NCBI RefSeq assembly: GCF_026914265.1
Contig: NC_069133.1
Coordinates: forward strand, 48,673,355-48,737,354
Length of the DNA stretch: 64,000 nt
Direction: 5' to 3'
Source: Mya arenaria
Lineage: Eukaryota
The notes under the pieces are model-generated. The model was not told the origin of the DNA, ran no database searches, and saw only the letters and a program-made list of their open reading frames with translations. Shown here in pieces: positions 62,870 to 64,000 of the stretch (within the stretch, counting starts at the first letter, position 1; each line of letters starts with the position of its first letter). Made by a program: the position numbers and the translations under genes.

Positions 62870-63790
62870 GATTCTTGAGGCCCAGGCTGGTTTGAGGCAA
62901 GAGATGGTAACTTCTGAAAATATATTCACAACATAGTATAGTTACATGTTTACGTGATAACAATGAAAAATAATTAGCTGCGTTTGTTGATTTTTCAAAA
63001 GCATTTGATTATGTTGTTAGAGATATAATCTGGTATGATATATCTCTTTACTTATCTTGGAATAGTTTATATATACACCTTTTACAAACACTTTGATGTA
63101 TTGTCTAGATAGGTTTTTAAGCTTAAGGTTGTTTATCTAAATATAACTGAATTTCAGTTAAGCATAGAGTGGATCTTTTTGAGAAAATAATTTATCAAGT
63201 CTTAAGTTAAGGGTCGGAAATAAGGGGTCTCGGACAAAGTCTCCAAACTTTGTGTCAAAAATGTTAGGCGTTAAAGTGATCTTTGAAGAACATCATTATT
63301 ATGTTAAATGCCATAGGATATTGGTTACAGATTATGACAATGGACACTGTTTAATATATAAAACGTATGTATGATAAAAAATTATATTCACTTAGAAGCA
63401 AACCCACATTTTAAGTCTTGGGCATACTTGGTAAGACATTTGTTACAAACATTAGGTTTATATGATGTGTGTAGAGTCAATCTGTTGGTGGCATATTTCT
63501 TTCATATGTATTTTTAAAGAAAAGATACGGATTCTGAGCTTGAAGAGTCTAGTAGAGCCGGAATGTATGTACATTGTATTCAAATGAAAAAAATTGATGT
63601 CATGTAAACATAACAAATTATAGGTAAGCCTTGTTAAGAATGCAGTTTCATATGTTGAACATCAAAACCGGTGGATGGATTAAGCCAACAACATTTTCTT
63701 ATAATGAAAGAAATTGTCTATTTTGTAACTCTCCTCAAGATAAATTCCATTTTTTCTTGTATGCCGAAACACGCAATATTTAAATGATAC
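62870..63790 (+). pseudogene. Degenerate remnant of a second LINE reverse transcriptase.
   Basis: In-frame AAFVDFSKAFDYVVRDIIW at 62972-63050, corresponding to the FxDxxKAFDxV RT motif. Upstream is QAGLRQEMVTSENIF, of the GFRxgrS type. Downstream is a CCHC-like stretch CLFCNSPQDKFHFFLY at ~63716-63765. Stops and frameshifts lie between these pieces. Confidence 0.4.
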
Positions 63791-64000
63791 CATAATGTTT
63801 TAAACGACCGAATAAAATTCAGTTTATTGTGTTGATAACCTCTCAAAAACGGTTAAAAAAAGAAACTTGCAATGTTTGTGTATGAGGCGCTTAAATAACT
63901 AAATACATTTCATTTGACTGTGTCCTCGTAAATGTATGGTTGTTTTGAGTGCAATTTCAAATATCGCGTTATATCTTAAGAAACAAATATTCTGATAACA

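Noticed and set aside
1-64000. Prokaryote-style features: CRISPR arrays, operons, RBS-led gene clusters and defence islands.
   Set aside because: The sequence is clearly eukaryotic (introns, LINE, satellites, class A GPCR). None of the tandem repeats has the structure of CRISPR repeats separated by unique spacers.

Overview
The window is eukaryotic genomic DNA: AT-rich, with spliced genes, GT-AG introns, a LINE, MITEs and satellites. It is probably from a bivalve-mollusc-like invertebrate; that taxon guess is inference from the repeat architecture only. I can support two protein-coding genes. One is a multi-exon orthologue of CDC23/APC8 (anaphase-promoting complex subunit 8, TPR protein) on the minus strand at about 5.1-13.9 kb. 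The other is a two-exon class-A neuropeptide-type GPCR on the plus strand, with exon 1 at 31946-32351, exon 2 at 36176-37071, the intron falling in TM3, and ERY and NPxxY motifs present. The rest of the window is repeat-rich. It contains a roughly 4.5 kb non-LTR retrotransposon (PHD-like zinc finger, APE endonuclease, RT; frameshifted) inserted into the middle of a palindromic MITE. It contains three tandem-repeat cassettes that end in GGAC/GACA-type microsatellites, which I read as pearl/Helentron-like. It contains a near-identical 4.4 kb tandem duplication (46137-54988), a 2.4 kb array of a 69-bp satellite (57990-60472) and a perfect ~150-bp hairpin (61277-61430). There are also several interspersed repeat families, decayed transposon ORFs and microsatellites. 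No prokaryotic-style systems (CRISPR, operons) are present. I cannot point to a clearly novel system, and the most notable oddities are listed as findings.
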